A DNA stretch of 64,000 nucleotides. Origin: a virus. This document shows positions 1-9,769 of this stretch, in pieces; the first letter of the stretch is position 1; every line of letters begins with the position of its first letter. The stretch covers positions 14,896 to 78,895 of IMG/VR virus record IMGVR_UViG_3300031576_000028; one strand, 5' to 3'. The position numbers were made by a program, and so were the translations under genes. Under the pieces are notes generated by a model. That model was given only the letters and a program-made list of their open reading frames with translations. It was not told the DNA's origin and made no database searches.

Positions 1-1
1 A

Positions 2-1048
2 GATCATCTTGCGCTTCGCGAACTCGCGGCCCAGATCGTCTGTGCGCGGGGTCGGCACGAACACGGGGTCCGTCGGCGCGAACGTCGGCTTGGATTGGTC
101 GAAGATTGAGAACGCTGGGCGGATGACCAGGGTCCGACCGCGAAAGTACGGGATCGCCCCGACCAGGAAGCAGTACTTCGTGATCATGTCCCACATGGCG
201 ACCTTGTCGTCGCCGCCGTTTCCGGCGCTCGTCCCCTCCCCGTTCGCCTTCCGCCGCACGCGGGTGAGGCCCTCCGAGTCGAGCACCGTCGCCGGCGCCC
301 CGTTCGGCCAGTCCTCGGGAGAGACCTTGACCTCCATCCTGGCCGCCTGCGGGTGGGTCTCGAGGATGGCTGCGACGACCTTGTCGATCGGCTGGTCGAG
401 GTTGATCTTCGCGATGACCTCGGGCTTGACCGGGGAGTCGAGGAAGATGCCGCGGAAGTCTCGTCCCTCGATCTTGACCGTGGACGAGGTCTCCCCGTGC
501 GAGACGAACCACGTGTCTACGACTCCCGCGATGACCATCAGGTCGTCCCGGGGCGTCCCGCGCATGCCGGCCGACGTCGTCTTCAGGACCGATCGACGAC
601 TGCCGTCCTGCTCGACGCCGGCCATGCCGGCCGAGAAGTTCTCAGGGGACACGGTTCCCATGTAGACCTCGACCGCCGCGGAGCGGACCAGCCTCGGGTC
701 GATGGGCAACTCCCGCCAGTCCAGCTCCAGCGAGAACTTTCCAGCCTGCCTGTAGCCGGGAAGTTCGACCTGGGCCGAGATGGGCACGCGGTTGCTGATG
801 AACGACATGTTGGAGTCGCCCTGCTGGGTGATCAGCGGCCTCGGGACCTTCACGACTCGACGCCCGTGTGTAATCCCGCGGACCTGCTTGCCGCCGACGA
901 CCGGCTGCTGGGACCTGGAGGTCGCAGCTGGGTCGCCATCCTGAGGTCCCGGCTCCGGGATTGGCTCGTCGACCTTGAAGGCCTCGTCGAAGCGCAGGCG
1001 AAAGTTCACCACGCAGCTCGGGTAGAAGTACTCGCCGCCCTCGGGCAC
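2..1048 (-). CDS. putative baseplate hub / late-control D-like tail protein (runs off the window edge)
   Basis: Not in the ORF track. Manual translation from GTG at 1048 gives MPEGGEYFYPSCVVNFRLRFDE...; it follows the tape measure and LysM genes, the usual hub position in myoviruses. Confidence 0.55.
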   Translation of the reverse strand, partial: MPEGGEYFYPSCVVNFRLRFDEAFKVDEPIPEPGPQDGDPAATSRSQQPVVGGKQVRGITHGRRVVKVPRPLITQQGDSNMSFISNRVPISAQVELPGYRQAGKFSLELDWRELPIDPRLVRSAAVEVYMGTVSPENFSAGMAGVEQDGSRRSVLKTTSAGMRGTPRDDLMVIAGVVDTWFVSHGETSSTVKIEGRDFRGIFLDSPVKPEVIAKINLDQPIDKVVAAILETHPQAARMEVKVSPEDWPNGAPATVLDSEGLTRVRRKANGEGTSAGNGGDDKVAMWDMITKYCFLVGAIPYFRGRTLVIRPAFSIFDQSKPTFAPTDPVFVPTPRTDDLGREFAKRKMI

Positions 1049-1050
1049 GG

Positions 1051-2220
1051 CTAGCACCCATCCTGCGGCGGGATGGCCGGCACGAACACGACCTGGCCAG
1101 CCGACAGTCGGCTAGACCCGAGGCGATTGTAGATCATCAACCCTCGCCAGTCGTCGGGGGACCCGTAGAACACCGTCGAGACCTCCCGGAGATCCTGGTC
1201 CTGCCTAGCCTGGAACACGCGGATGGCGTCGCCCTCGATCAAGGTGAGAAGCGCCGACTGCTCGCTCGCGGCCATGTTTCGGAGCGCGGTTGCGCTGCGA
1301 GCTCGGTCGCGAGCTTCTGCCCGCTGCGAGAGGATCTGGCCGAACGTCAGCTCGACCGAGTTGATCACGCTGACGCCGCCCTGGTCGAGGGCCGCGCCGT
1401 CTATCGACCGGTTGACCAGCGTGACGAACATGTCCGCCTCGAGCTTGAGGCCGTCGAGCACGGCGGCGGACTTCCTGAGTGACTCTGGCCCAGACAGGCC
1501 CAGAGTGACGGCCTCGTTGACCGCGTCCCCCATGGCCTCCGCCCCGAGCTGGAGCAGGCTCGTAACCTCGTCCAGGAAGCTCGTCAGTCCGGCGAACCTG
1601 TCGCCAGCCTGCGGCACGATGTCGGCGACGGTCCCGGTCGGGACGAGACGATTGACCGCGTTCTGGACCTTGACGGGGAGGTCCCCGAGGTCGGATGCGC
1701 CGGGATCTTGGAACTTGACGTTGGCCAAGGACTCGGCCTGGGAGGTCCACGCGAACATCATCTCCCACTCGCAGTCGTGACCCGTGTGCCACTTGACCGT
1801 GAACCGATCGATGATCCCACGGCGGGCCTGGTCTAGCCACGTCACCTCGACCTGGGACCCCTTCCGACGCATGTCATCGGCGGTCCTCACCAGATCTCGC
1901 ACGGTGTTGAGGGACACCTCGATTCCGTCCTCAGCCGAGGTGACCTCAGCGTACGGGAGGTGCTCGCTGGTGATGAGGTGCTCGCCGATGAAGACGTCCT
2001 TCCACTGGCCTGTGACCGTGGTTGGCTCCTCCTTCGCCCCGTAGGCCTGGAGCGTTCCGATCGGCGAACCCGGGTACCAGCTGATCGAGTTTCGCTGCGT
2101 ACCAGACAGCTCGAACGGTCGATAGGGCAGCGCCCGCCCGCGGAGCGTCAGAGCCCGCTTGTCACCTGTCATCTCCCGGATGGAGAACGGCGTAGCCAGA
2201 TCGTTGGCGGTCTCGGCCAC
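1051..2220 (-). CDS. tail tube initiator / LysM-domain tail protein
   Basis: C-terminal LysM/tail-X-like segment (QDLREVSTVFYGSPDDWRGLMIYNRL...LSAGQVVFVP); directly downstream of the tape measure gene. Confidence 0.65.
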   Translation of the reverse strand: MAETANDLATPFSIREMTGDKRALTLRGRALPYRPFELSGTQRNSISWYPGSPIGTLQAYGAKEEPTTVTGQWKDVFIGEHLITSEHLPYAEVTSAEDGIEVSLNTVRDLVRTADDMRRKGSQVEVTWLDQARRGIIDRFTVKWHTGHDCEWEMMFAWTSQAESLANVKFQDPGASDLGDLPVKVQNAVNRLVPTGTVADIVPQAGDRFAGLTSFLDEVTSLLQLGAEAMGDAVNEAVTLGLSGPESLRKSAAVLDGLKLEADMFVTLVNRSIDGAALDQGGVSVINSVELTFGQILSQRAEARDRARSATALRNMAASEQSALLTLIEGDAIRVFQARQDQDLREVSTVFYGSPDDWRGLMIYNRLGSSRLSAGQVVFVPAIPPQDGC

Positions 2221-2223
2221 CGC

Positions 2224-3999
2224 TCACCGCACCGTGTAGAGGGGCGCGAACCCCGACTGGAGGCGGCGCTCGCCTACCGAGGCCAGGTCGGACGCGAACG
2301 CGACCGCTATGCGGTCGGGGTCGAACCCCTCCGCGAACTCCTGCTTGATGTCGAAGCGGGATCCGCGGAAGTCCTGGTAGGTATCGCCCTTGTCGGGTGT
2401 GCCTGTGAGGGATCCCCCGAATTTTTTGCGCTGTGCCTCGACCGCCGACCTCGTCTTGCTTTCCCCCGTGAATAGTTCAGGAGATAGCTTGTGGGCCCTC
2501 TTGAGGGCGGCTTCGGCTTCCTGGAACTTCTTGCGCTCCTCGTCCGTGACCTTCCCCCTGTGACCAGCCAGCTCGCGGGTGATCACCTTAACCTTCTCCT
2601 GGGCTGCCGCGATCTTCTCACCTCGCTGGATGTCCTCCTCGGCCTTCCTGCGCAGGTTCTGCTCGCGCTTGGTCTCCCAGTGGGCGATGCGTTCTACGCG
2701 GTCTGAGATCCACTCGACCACAGAGGCTATGGCCCCGAAAACCGTCTCGAAGACCGACATGAGCTTCTCGCCGAGCCACGCCAGTCCACGACCGATCGGC
2801 GAGTCCTCGCTGAACATCTTGGCGATAGACGACCCGATCTTGCCGAGGGCGCTGAAGATTCGGCTGAAGTGGTCCTTGATCCTCCCCGCGATCTCAGGGA
2901 ACGCCTTGAACGCGGCGACGATGAGCCCGATGGCCCCGCCGATGATGCTCAGCCTCCCGAGCATGCCGATGATGGGACCTAGGGCCGTAGCCCCTTTGAA
3001 GAACGACATGATGGACCCACCAGCGGACGCCAGCCCGAGCCCGCCGCCGCCCTTCGTCACCCACTTCCCGGCCCCGCCCTTCGTCACCCACTTCCCGGCC
3101 CCGGCGACCATCCCGCCCATCGTCATCTTCCCGCCGGACAACTTCTGCATGGCGTAGCTGGCCATCATGATCTTGGCGTACGTTTTCGCCAGCGTGATGA
3201 TGGTCTCCATGTGGTTGACTAGGAAGATCCCGAACCTCTCGGCCTTGTCCGCCCACCCGCTGATGGACGACGAGAACTTGTCCGCCAGCTTGGTGAGCGC
3301 CGGCGCCAGCTTGATCATGATGCCGGCGGTCAGACGCTTCCACGCGATGCCGATGCGGCTAGTCGCCTCGTTGTACTCCTGCATCCCGGCCATCGCCTGC
3401 TCGTTGAAGGCGGAGTTGGCCAGCGTACCGTCCTCGATCATCTTCTTGACGACCTCGGGGCCCTTCCCGAGCATGTCGATCATGCCAGCCGCCGACTTAG
3501 CGCTGACGTTGAGAGCGCGCCCGATCTGCCCGGCGTCTAGGCCGCTGTTGACGACGGCCTTGGACATGGCGACCAGGGACTTCTCGGGACCCTCCTTGAG
3601 GTTGATGCCGTACTTCTTGGCGAGGTTCGCAGCGGCCTTGTTGCCCTCCTCGAGCTTGGTCCCGCGCTGGACCATGCGGGCCATGATGCCCTCGACCTCG
3701 TCGGCGGCGACGCCGCTCTCCTCCATGGCGTTCGAGATGCCGCCGACCCGGTCGGCGGCGATGCCAGTCAGGTCCGAGATCCTGTCTAGGTGGTCGATGT
3801 AGTCCTTGGCTCCGCGGATCGCCCCGCCTAGGTTGAACAGGGCCCCGAAGATGGCCGCCCCCTTGGCCATGTCGACGAAACGACGAGTCGCCCCGTCGAC
3901 CGCCTTGCCGAGGCGGTGGGCCCCGGTCTCCATGTTCCGGAGCTTGGGAGACGCCTTGTCGTCGACGTCGAACTCGATGTCTACCTTCTCGTCGGCCAC
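2224..3999 (-). CDS. tape measure protein
   Basis: 591 aa, Ala/Gly-rich and helical with hydrophobic stretches; follows the tail chaperone; GGAGG RBS before the GTG. Confidence 0.85.
   Translation of the reverse strand: MADEKVDIEFDVDDKASPKLRNMETGAHRLGKAVDGATRRFVDMAKGAAIFGALFNLGGAIRGAKDYIDHLDRISDLTGIAADRVGGISNAMEESGVAADEVEGIMARMVQRGTKLEEGNKAAANLAKKYGINLKEGPEKSLVAMSKAVVNSGLDAGQIGRALNVSAKSAAGMIDMLGKGPEVVKKMIEDGTLANSAFNEQAMAGMQEYNEATSRIGIAWKRLTAGIMIKLAPALTKLADKFSSSISGWADKAERFGIFLVNHMETIITLAKTYAKIMMASYAMQKLSGGKMTMGGMVAGAGKWVTKGGAGKWVTKGGGGLGLASAGGSIMSFFKGATALGPIIGMLGRLSIIGGAIGLIVAAFKAFPEIAGRIKDHFSRIFSALGKIGSSIAKMFSEDSPIGRGLAWLGEKLMSVFETVFGAIASVVEWISDRVERIAHWETKREQNLRRKAEEDIQRGEKIAAAQEKVKVITRELAGHRGKVTDEERKKFQEAEAALKRAHKLSPELFTGESKTRSAVEAQRKKFGGSLTGTPDKGDTYQDFRGSRFDIKQEFAEGFDPDRIAVAFASDLASVGERRLQSGFAPLYTVR
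3049..3102. repeat. 27-bp perfect tandem duplication inside the tape measure gene
   Basis: gcccttcgtcacccacttcccggcccc x2, encoding GAGKWVTKG twice. Confidence 0.9.
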
Positions 4000-4002
4000 G
4001 GC

Positions 4003-4649
4003 TCAGCCTCCCCTCGCCTCTCGGTGCGATAGGGAGGTCCCCGTCTTGTTCTCGGACTCGATCAAGTAGCCGAGGCCGTCATTGAACCGCACGAGCTGGT
4101 CCCAGGTCAGCTCCCCGATCTCGGAGAGCTGCTGGTGGCCGTAGCGGGCGGCGCAGGCGATGGTCTTGAACATGTCCGTGACGTGCTCCTCTACGTCGGG
4201 GAAGGCCCGCGACAGCAGGTATATGTAGCCACCGGGGGGCCTCCGGAAGGCGTCAGGGGAGTCGGCCTCTAGACCTTGACCTTCCGGCTCCCCAGGAACT
4301 TTTTTGTGACGGCCTGGCTCTTGACCGTGCTCATGTCCGAGTACGCCTCCAGGATGAGCTCCCGGATTACCGGGTCGGCGTGCTCGAGCACGCGCTCATC
4401 CTCGGCCTCGGCCTTGTTCAACTTCCGCCCGTCGACCTCGACCAGCGCGAAGCGGGCCCAGTTGTAGGCGAGCTTGGCCTGGTTCCCGCCGGCACGCTCC
4501 GAGGCCGCGATCTCCTCGCTCATCTTGAGCTTGACGAGCCCGACCGACCGCCTGACGAACTCGTCCTGGTCGACCATCTCCTCGGGCAGCTCGTACTCGT
4601 AGACTGGCCTCTGCTCCGGGGCTTTTCGGACGTTCGGTAGTGCCTCCAC
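4003..4649 (-). CDS. tail assembly chaperone, long form made by -1 frameshift
   Basis: A AAA AAG slippery heptamer at 4305-4299. The -1 frame stays open (...KVPGEPEG...ARYGHQQLSEIGELTWDQLVRFNDGL...) to a TGA at 4003, just before the tape measure start. Confidence 0.85.
4269..4649 (-). CDS. tail assembly chaperone, short form
   Basis: 126 aa acidic ORF between the tube and tape measure genes. Confidence 0.8.
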   Translation of the reverse strand: MEALPNVRKAPEQRPVYEYELPEEMVDQDEFVRRSVGLVKLKMSEEIAASERAGGNQAKLAYNWARFALVEVDGRKLNKAEAEDERVLEHADPVIRELILEAYSDMSTVKSQAVTKKFLGSRKVKV

Positions 4650-4663
4650 GCGCTCCTCCTAGT

Positions 4664-5095
4664 TCAGATCTGGTTGTAGTCTTCACCCTCGAAGTCGAGG
4701 GAGATCGTACCGTAGTCGGTCCGCGAACCGAAGCTGATCGGCACCTCGCCGAACGAGAGGTCCTTGAGCAGCATGCGGACGCGCTCGCCTCCCGGGAACA
4801 CGAACGTCGCCTTGGCGTTGATCCGCACCCCCGGCGTCCGGCGCCTGGCCTTGTCGATGAGCCGGCGAACGAGGTCGAGCACGTCGCGGTTCTCGTAGTG
4901 AAGCTCCATCTTGCCTCGGAAGCCGCGGTACACGGAGTCGCGCCGGTCGGTCGTCTCGCCGAGGTAGCCCTCGCGGAGGATCTCGAGCTGGGCCGCCATC
5001 TCGAACGATCGAATGTCCTGGATCGAGGACAGTGGGACGTTGTCCTCGACGAGCAGCAGCTCGACTTCCTGCCCCTTGATTCTTTGAGCACACAT
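4664..5095 (-). CDS. tail tube protein
   Basis: 143 aa beta-rich ORF between sheath and chaperone. Confidence 0.8.
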   Translation of the reverse strand: MCAQRIKGQEVELLLVEDNVPLSSIQDIRSFEMAAQLEILREGYLGETTDRRDSVYRGFRGKMELHYENRDVLDLVRRLIDKARRRTPGVRINAKATFVFPGGERVRMLLKDLSFGEVPISFGSRTDYGTISLDFEGEDYNQI

Positions 5096-5110
5096 CCTTT
5101 TTTCTCCGTC

Positions 5111-5166
5111 CTGAAAAGAAGAAGGGCGCGGCGGAGGTCCTTACCTGGACCGTCCCTCCGCGCCCT
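5111..5166 (-). terminator. GC-rich hairpin followed by a U-rich tract (terminator-like)
   Basis: agggcgcgg..ggtcc/ttacct/ggacc..ccgcgccct inverted repeat, followed on the - strand by TCTTCTTTTC. Confidence 0.5.
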
Positions 5167-5230
5167 ATCCCCGTCTTCGTACCCGGGTGAAGCGCCCTCG
5201 GGGGTGGACCCCCGAGGTGACTCTCGAAAG

Positions 5231-5425
5231 CTACGCGGAGGCCCGCCGGCTGTCAATCCCGAAGCCGGACCCTATGAAGAGCGGGGCGCAGTCGCACGAG
5301 GTGCCGCGCATGACGCCGCAGCCGACGTGGTGGAGCACGAACGCCACCTGCTGCCGCAGCGCGGCAGCCCAGACCTCGTCTGGGACGAGGTCCACCGACG
5401 CCTGCTTGCGCGAGCGGCGGCTCAC
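5231..5425 (-). CDS. small hypothetical protein (His/Cys-rich)
   Basis: GTGA overlap with the sheath stop; HHVGC...CDC. Confidence 0.5.
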   Translation of the reverse strand: MSRRSRKQASVDLVPDEVWAAALRQQVAFVLHHVGCGVMRGTSCDCAPLFIGSGFGIDSRRASA

Positions 5426-7488
5426 GCCGCGGCCGGGACCTGGGACGTGACGACGACGCCCTCGCCCGCGTTGACCTGGACGACGATGAAGTCGGCCGAG
5501 GCGAGCGTGCGCACATTCACGATCATGACGAAGATGTTCTTGTCCTCGGACTGCAAGGTATTCCCGCTCTTGCCATCAAGCGTGTAACCGGAGATCCTCT
5601 GGGCCGACGGGTTGTCCGGTGACAGGAGTGACGTGAGGAAGTCGTCGACCTGGCCGAGCACTCCGTCCTTGAACTGCTCTGACATCGGCAGCTTGACGAA
5701 CGGCTTGAGCGCCTGGGCGATCGAGTCCTCGATGAAGTTGGCCATCTTGCGGCGGTTGATGTTCTTCTGCTTTGAGAGCAGGGACGTCGTGACGCCGGAC
5801 TGGAAGATCGGCCCGACGGTCTTGTCCATCCGGATGCCCGCGATACCCCGCAGGCGGAGGAGCTTCCACGAGTTGATGTCGAGCGTCGGGACGGCCCTCG
5901 CATAGCCGAGGACGGGCGCCAGCACGCGCTTGGTCGTCCCCGACGCCTCGCCGGGGTTCCGCTCCGGCGGCAGGTTGCCCATGATGGCCGACATCCAGCC
6001 GTCGCCGCCGACGTCGACCATGCCGTCGGTGGTCGTCGACCCGTCGGCGCGCCGGATGAAGAACCCGACGGCCTCTGGGACGAACGTCAGCACCGGCGGC
6101 CAGTGGTAGAAGACGCTCTCGTCCCGGTTCGCCCCGACGCCCGGGTCGGCGTCGCTGGTCACCGTGGTCAGGGCCGTCGACTGAGTCTGGTCCAGCTCCG
6201 GGGCGATCGAGCACGTGCGACCGACGCCGTTCGCGGACGAGCTGAGGACGTGCGAGCGCAGCTTGGTCCGGATGGTCGACGACTTGCGCGCGGCCCAGAC
6301 GTGGGTGACCTCGGACGACGGAATCTCGTCGGCGAGCATGGAGTCGACGGCCGTCGCGTACAGCGCATCGATGCTCGCGTGATTGACGGCGTTGGTCCGC
6401 TGCACGTTCGCCGTATACGCGACGGCGGTCGTCGGGCCGACCTTCCCCGCGAGGCCCGACAGTGGATCCCAGGTGGTCGCGGTGGGCGCGGGGGGTGCGA
6501 CGAGCGGCTCGATGGCCGTGTTGACCGCCCACGTCCCGTCTGACGAGTCGACGCCGGTTCCCGCCCCATTGGTCAGCGGGCGGGCGGCGACGGTGAAGCT
6601 GCCCTGCGAGGTCAGCACGGACCCGGCGCCGGACCCGTACGAGTCGGCCGCGCGGCCGGGGTGGATGCGATACGCGAGGGCAGCGCCGGTCGTCCAGTTG
6701 AACGACGACCCGTCGAGTCGCTCGACGACGAGGTTGGTCGCATCGGTGATCGATCGAACTCGGTAGGTTCGAGCGTTGGCGCCCTGAGCGCCGGCGGCGC
6801 CGATGACGCCAAGTACGAGGATGTCCCCGATCTCAACCCCGACCTTGCCGTCGGATCTGGACAGCGTCAGGAAGGACCCCGTCGCCGAGGTGAAGATCTG
6901 CGTGACGGCAGCCCCGACGGCCGTGACGGAGCCGTCGACTGCGGTCTTGTACTCATCCTCGGCGGAGAAGTCGACGTGGACCGCGAGCTTCATCCGCTCG
7001 GCGGCGACCAGCGACTGCTTGAACACGCGCCCCGCGGCGGCCGTCGCCCCCGCCAGTGGGATGACCGGCGTCGGGTTGGTCGCCGAGGTGTTGGTCGGCA
7101 GCTCGCGCCACACGCGAACGCCCGAGGCCGAGGCGAGGTTCACCGCCGCTAGGATCAGGCGCCCGAAGGTCTTGTTGCGCATCTCGACGTAGCCGCTCCC
7201 GCAGTCACCGCCGAACTGGCCGATGGTCTCGTCGAAGCCGCCGAACTTGTTGAGCACGTCTTGGCCCGAGACGACCTCCTGTGGCTTGGTCACCGAGGTG
7301 AACACCCCGGATGTGTCGACCGCGATCGCGTACGTCATGTCGGCAAACTCGCCTACGAGGGCCACCACGTTGGTGTCGACGCCGCCGATGGCGGCGGGGG
7401 GCGCGAGGTCGACGATGTTGATGCCCTCGATCGCCGTGATGACGTTCTCGGGCGGGAACGTGGTGAACCTTCTGATGAAGCCGGACAT
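5422..7488 (-). CDS. contractile tail sheath protein
   Basis: 688 aa; sheath-type C-terminus (NINRRKMANFIEDSI...VNVRTLASADFIVVQV); upstream of the tube gene. Confidence 0.9.
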   Translation of the reverse strand: MSGFIRRFTTFPPENVITAIEGINIVDLAPPAAIGGVDTNVVALVGEFADMTYAIAVDTSGVFTSVTKPQEVVSGQDVLNKFGGFDETIGQFGGDCGSGYVEMRNKTFGRLILAAVNLASASGVRVWRELPTNTSATNPTPVIPLAGATAAAGRVFKQSLVAAERMKLAVHVDFSAEDEYKTAVDGSVTAVGAAVTQIFTSATGSFLTLSRSDGKVGVEIGDILVLGVIGAAGAQGANARTYRVRSITDATNLVVERLDGSSFNWTTGAALAYRIHPGRAADSYGSGAGSVLTSQGSFTVAARPLTNGAGTGVDSSDGTWAVNTAIEPLVAPPAPTATTWDPLSGLAGKVGPTTAVAYTANVQRTNAVNHASIDALYATAVDSMLADEIPSSEVTHVWAARKSSTIRTKLRSHVLSSSANGVGRTCSIAPELDQTQSTALTTVTSDADPGVGANRDESVFYHWPPVLTFVPEAVGFFIRRADGSTTTDGMVDVGGDGWMSAIMGNLPPERNPGEASGTTKRVLAPVLGYARAVPTLDINSWKLLRLRGIAGIRMDKTVGPIFQSGVTTSLLSKQKNINRRKMANFIEDSIAQALKPFVKLPMSEQFKDGVLGQVDDFLTSLLSPDNPSAQRISGYTLDGKSGNTLQSEDKNIFVMIVNVRTLASADFIVVQVNAGEGVVVTSQVPAAA

Positions 7489-7517
7489 ATGTCAGTCCTC
7501 CTGCGCGGGGTTGTCGG

Positions 7518-7526
7518 AGAGTATCA
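7518..7526 (-). promoter_or_regulatory. putative extended -10 element (TGnTACTCT) upstream of the sheath gene
   Basis: - strand reads TGTGATACTCT about 30 nt before the ATG. Confidence 0.4.
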
Positions 7527-8261
7527 CAGGTCGCCCCCGTCGCAGCCGTCCGTGACCTCGAGGTCCACCAGCGGCCGGAGGCCTGGGAGCGCTCGAGACC
7601 TGATTACCGACGCTCTGGCGGTCAAGAACACGGACCCGGGCCGCCACCGTCGGCGGGCGTTGTCCTCCGAGTCGAGCATCTGCGTTCGCATGGGCTCGTA
7701 CACGGCGATCTGGTTGAAGTAGTGCGGAAGCTGCAGCTTGAACCCGTACATCCAGTCGACGGGGTTGAGGGCGTCCTCGAGCAGCATGGAGCACTGGATG
7801 CGCTCCTCCGGGTTGCTGGTGTGCAGCTCGACGACGAGCGGGATGGTGGCCTCCGAGTACCTGACCAGGTAGGTCTTGCGCTCGGGGGAATCGCCGGGCA
7901 AGGATTGAACCGGCGTCGTGTCGAGCGTCGGCGTGAGCGACGCGGCGTCATACTCGGCCTCGTCGCGGGCCATGATCGCCGCACCTGGGTACTTGGCGGT
8001 CTGCTCTGGCTCAGACCAGACCTCGGTCACGCGCTCGAAGCGGACGCGAACTCCGAGCACGTCGAGGTACACCTGCTCCAGGTACTCGCGGAGTCCGCGC
8101 TTGACGGCGGTGACCGCGTCGCACTCGCGATTGGCGGTGTAAGTGGACCGAACGTCCGACGGCCGCGTGATCAACGTCGTGCGGCCCAGCGGCGGCGGGA
8201 CCAGGACAGGGGGGTTCACCGCCTCCGGAGGCGGGATCTGCGGATCGTTGCAGTCGCTCAT
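7524..8261 (-). CDS. tail terminator / completion protein (putative)
   Basis: Position immediately before the sheath gene; 245 aa. Confidence 0.55.
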   Translation of the reverse strand: MSDCNDPQIPPPEAVNPPVLVPPPLGRTTLITRPSDVRSTYTANRECDAVTAVKRGLREYLEQVYLDVLGVRVRFERVTEVWSEPEQTAKYPGAAIMARDEAEYDAASLTPTLDTTPVQSLPGDSPERKTYLVRYSEATIPLVVELHTSNPEERIQCSMLLEDALNPVDWMYGFKLQLPHYFNQIAVYEPMRTQMLDSEDNARRRWRPGSVFLTARASVIRSRALPGLRPLVDLEVTDGCDGGDL

Positions 8262-8794
8262 CCGTTCTTCGCCCTCTTCAGCGCCGACCGGATCTCCTCG
8301 CGTACCTCCTCCATCACGATCCTGATGATCGCGCCGGAGGTGCCTGGGTTGGTCAGGACGCGGCGACCCGCCAGGCCTCGCTTGGCGATGGCCAGGGCGA
8401 TCGGGAACTTCGCCTTCTCAGCTTCCTCGTCGGACAGCCCGAGGCGCTGCTTGACCCAGAGCTTGATGGTGTCGGGCGGTGGCATGCGCGAGCCGGCCCT
8501 GCGCCCGCGCTCGATTACGTCGGCGGCCGGATGGTCGTTGAACACGCGGCCGCCTGTGGCCGTGAGCTCGAACTGCCAGCGGCGCTTGTACTCGCCGGTG
8601 TTGACCGCGCCGATCGAGCCGTTCGGGCTCGCCGGCATCGCGTTGTCAACGGAGCTGTGGACCACGGCGATGGACCGCATGACGCCGCTGTGTATGCCGC
8701 GGACGATCGCGCTGTCCGCACCGCGCAGGTTCGACTTGAGCTTCGCGAAGTACTTGCGAAGGTCGGCAACGGTCATGGAGCGGCCGACGCTCAT
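8258..8794 (-). CDS. neck / tail-completion protein (HK97 gp10-like)
   Basis: VNTGEYKRRW...ADVIERGRRAGSRMPP...IALAIAKRG pattern; neck-module position. Confidence 0.6.
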   Translation of the reverse strand: MSVGRSMTVADLRKYFAKLKSNLRGADSAIVRGIHSGVMRSIAVVHSSVDNAMPASPNGSIGAVNTGEYKRRWQFELTATGGRVFNDHPAADVIERGRRAGSRMPPPDTIKLWVKQRLGLSDEEAEKAKFPIALAIAKRGLAGRRVLTNPGTSGAIIRIVMEEVREEIRSALKRAKNG

Positions 8795-9345
8795 CCCTGC
8801 GTCCCCCCGTCTCGAGATCGGTTCTCGAGCGCGCTAACCAAGACGACCGTCCACTCGAACGAGGTCGCATTCCACGACGGCAGCGAGTCTCGCACGAACC
8901 GGCGCTTCTCGGATGGTAGGCCGTCGCGCCGGAAGAACTCGATCTCGTAGTACAGCGTCTCGTTCGGCGGCGGGTCTGACCCGTCGGATCCGGAGCCGAG
9001 CAGGTGCTCCTCGGTGTACCGGCCGCTGATCTTCTGGAGCTGGATGAGGCCCTGCTCATTGAGGCCGATCGGGGTGACGACCTCCTTGAGGGAGGAGACG
9101 TCGACTACGAGCGGCGTCGGCAGGATCTCCAGCTGTCCAAGGACCTGCTCAGGGCCCATGCCGCGGCGCTGCCCGGCGTACCGCGTGCGAACGATCTGCA
9201 CGCGGTACGGCCTGAAACCGAACTTGGTGAGCTTGTCTCGCGCCTTGTCGACGACCGGTACGAGGCGCTGGCCGAGGGAGCTCTTGATGAGCTCCGCGGT
9301 CGGGATGGTGAACCCGTCCTTCTTGCCTGCGCCGTCGCAGCCCAT
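8791..9345 (-). CDS. head closure / neck protein (putative)
   Basis: Synteny between adaptor and neck genes; coupled overlaps. Confidence 0.5.
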   Translation of the reverse strand: MGCDGAGKKDGFTIPTAELIKSSLGQRLVPVVDKARDKLTKFGFRPYRVQIVRTRYAGQRRGMGPEQVLGQLEILPTPLVVDVSSLKEVVTPIGLNEQGLIQLQKISGRYTEEHLLGSGSDGSDPPPNETLYYEIEFFRRDGLPSEKRRFVRDSLPSWNATSFEWTVVLVSALENRSRDGGTQG

Positions 9346-9348
9346 GGC

Positions 9349-9765
9349 CTACCCGCGCACCGGTATGGAGCCGGCGACGGCCCCGCCGCCGACCCCGAGC
9401 AGGCTCCGGAACTTCGCGGCGCCCGGGTACAAGGGGGCCCCGACGACGTCGGCGAGCCTGGCCGCCCAGCGGCAGTACTCCTTCTCGAGCTCGTCGATGT
9501 GGTCCTTGCGGATCTCGACCTGCTCGACGCGCGTGACTTCGAGGCTGTCGAGGCCACCCTCCATCTTGCACTCGATCTTGTCGAGCGTCGTGATGAGCTT
9601 GCGGACGCGGTCCTCCGAGGTCGTCGGCAGGCGATCAATCGCCGACTCGACCAGGAACATGGTCTGGATCGGCACCGGCAGGCCGTACGCGAGGCCGGCG
9701 GCGGTCGCCTGCCCCGTGTACCCCATGTGGTACTTGATGCGCTCCTTCTCGGGCGGGTCGAACAT
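9349..9765 (-). CDS. head-tail adaptor (putative)
   Basis: 138 aa helical protein shortly after the capsid gene. Confidence 0.55.
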   Translation of the reverse strand: MFDPPEKERIKYHMGYTGQATAAGLAYGLPVPIQTMFLVESAIDRLPTTSEDRVRKLITTLDKIECKMEGGLDSLEVTRVEQVEIRKDHIDELEKEYCRWAARLADVVGAPLYPGAAKFRSLLGVGGGAVAGSIPVRG

Positions 9766-9769
9766 CGAC

